Below are positions 8,168 through 9,482 of a stretch of DNA of 9,482 nt, piece after piece. The DNA comes from a virus (taxonomy: Duplodnaviria; Heunggongvirae; Uroviricota; Caudoviricetes), in the IMG/VR virus record IMGVR_UViG_3300039377_000120, one strand, 5' to 3'. Numbering within the stretch: the first letter of the stretch is position 1; the number at the start of each line of letters is the position of its first letter. The notes beneath the pieces are model-generated. The model made no database searches. It was not told the origin of the DNA and saw nothing but the letters and a program-made list of their open reading frames with translations. Both the position numbers and the translations under genes were made by a program.

Positions 8168-8186
8168 GAAAATGATTATCATTAGC
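8168..8186. promoter_or_regulatory. Fur box (gaaaatgattatcattagc) in the sitA promoter
   Basis: 16 of 19 matches to the GATAATGATAATCATTATC consensus; 77-95 nt upstream of the sitA start, just upstream of the MntR box. Confidence 0.6.
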
Positions 8187-8305
8187 AATTTTAGATCCGA
8201 ACCGGGATTAGGTTGTTTCCTGCTGGCGACGTGGTACTGAGGAAAAAAGTAGGGCACCTATTAGGCTTTGAAATGACTTGATGAGGAAAATTGTTGATGG
8301 CAAAA

Positions 8306-8348
8306 ATGGGGCAAAGCGCTGCAAAAGGGGCAAAAAAGGGCAAAAAAA
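8306..8348. repeat. Tandem degenerate GGGGCAAA(A) repeats / phased A-tracts
   Basis: ggggcaaa at 8308-8315, ggggcaaaaaa at 8327-8337 and gggcaaaaaaa at 8338-8348. Upstream of the sit promoter on the - strand, and also inside a possible 37-codon ORF on the + strand. Confidence 0.35.
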
Positions 8349-8642
8349 GAGTGGGTTATCGTAGCTTATTGTTGTCGCTGATGATATTTAACACATTGAA
8401 AAATAAGTAAAATACTTATGAGTCAGAGAGTTGTGATTTTTGCCCTTACTTGTTCAGGTTGTATTGTTCTTTCTTACTAATTTCTTGATTTTGCGACATT
8501 TAAAAGCGACTCAATTCGTTATATGGCATCAGAAGAGTATGCGTCATGCCGGAACGCCCAGCATAAGAAATCTGATATAAAAACTGTGGCGTGTATGGTA
8601 CGGATTAGAGGGGAAAATGTCAGCACATTTGCGAAATGAATC

Positions 8643-8667
8643 AAAAAGCCCGCAGCAATGTGCGGGC
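8643..8667 (-). terminator. Rho-independent terminator of uspF
   Basis: On the - strand: stem GCCCGCA/TGCGGGC (8648-8654 with 8661-8667), 6-nt loop, followed by a U5 tract (plus-strand A's at 8643-8647); begins 8 nt after the uspF stop. Confidence 0.65.
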
Positions 8668-8674
8668 GTTAGTG

Positions 8675-9190
<516 letters not shown>

Positions 9191-9215
9191 TTAGATCAAA
9201 GGAGGAAGAATAAGC

Positions 9216-9241
9216 AGAAAAAGCCCGCCATAACAGCGGGC
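9216..9241 (-). terminator. Rho-independent terminator of the porin gene
   Basis: On the - strand: stem GCCCGC/GCGGGC (9223-9228 with 9236-9241), 7-nt loop, followed by a U-tract (plus-strand A's at 9217-9222); 8 nt downstream of the porin stop. Confidence 0.65.
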
Positions 9242-9249
9242 AGGAGGAT

Positions 9250-9482
9250 TTAGAACTGATAAACCAGACCTAAAGCGACAATATCATCGGTAGAGATGCC
9301 GTTGGCAGCGTAGAAGCTGTCATCTTCATCCAACAGGTTGATTTTATAGTCAACGTAGGTGGACATATTTTTGTTGAAATAGTAAGTCGCGCCAACATCG
9401 GCGTATTGGTGATGCTGCCAACTTACTGATTTAGTGTATGATGGTGTTTTTGAGGTGCTCCAGTGGCTTCTGTTTCTATCAG
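9250..9482 (-). CDS. ompN: Outer-membrane general porin, 3' end only (OmpC/OmpN family; ompN-like by synteny with uspF)
   Basis: Reverse-strand translation ends …[51 protein letters not shown]-stop, the conserved enterobacterial porin C-terminus with terminal Phe. Stop TAA at 9250-9252; the CDS runs off the window. Confidence 0.8.
   Translation of the reverse strand, partial: DRNRSHWSTSKTPSYTKSVSWQHHQYADVGATYYFNKNMSTYVDYKINLLDEDDSFYAANGISTDDIVALGLVYQF

Overview
This window reads as an Enterobacteriaceae (E. coli/Shigella-type) chromosomal accessory junction; all calls are from reading the sequence, with no database search. Left to right: (i) the 3' end of a lambdoid prophage tail-fibre module on the + strand, comprising a 5'-truncated side tail fibre gene and three tightly packed small genes, one of which carries a peptidase S74-type intramolecular chaperone domain; (ii) about 550 bp of non-coding, palindrome-rich DNA; (iii) an isolated AT-rich gene on the - strand with no family I can recognise, sitting in the classic moron/defence position at the prophage edge; (iv) a complete sitABCD-type Mn/Fe ABC transporter operon on the - strand, with MntR-box and Fur-box operators upstream of sitA; (v) the core genes uspF and the 3' end of a porin gene (ompN-like), both on the - strand with clear rho-independent terminators. 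The best candidate for something undescribed is the AT-rich orphan gene at 3375-4190; second is the unusual cassette downstream of the tail fibre gene, which lacks a canonical Tfa chaperone or Pin invertase.
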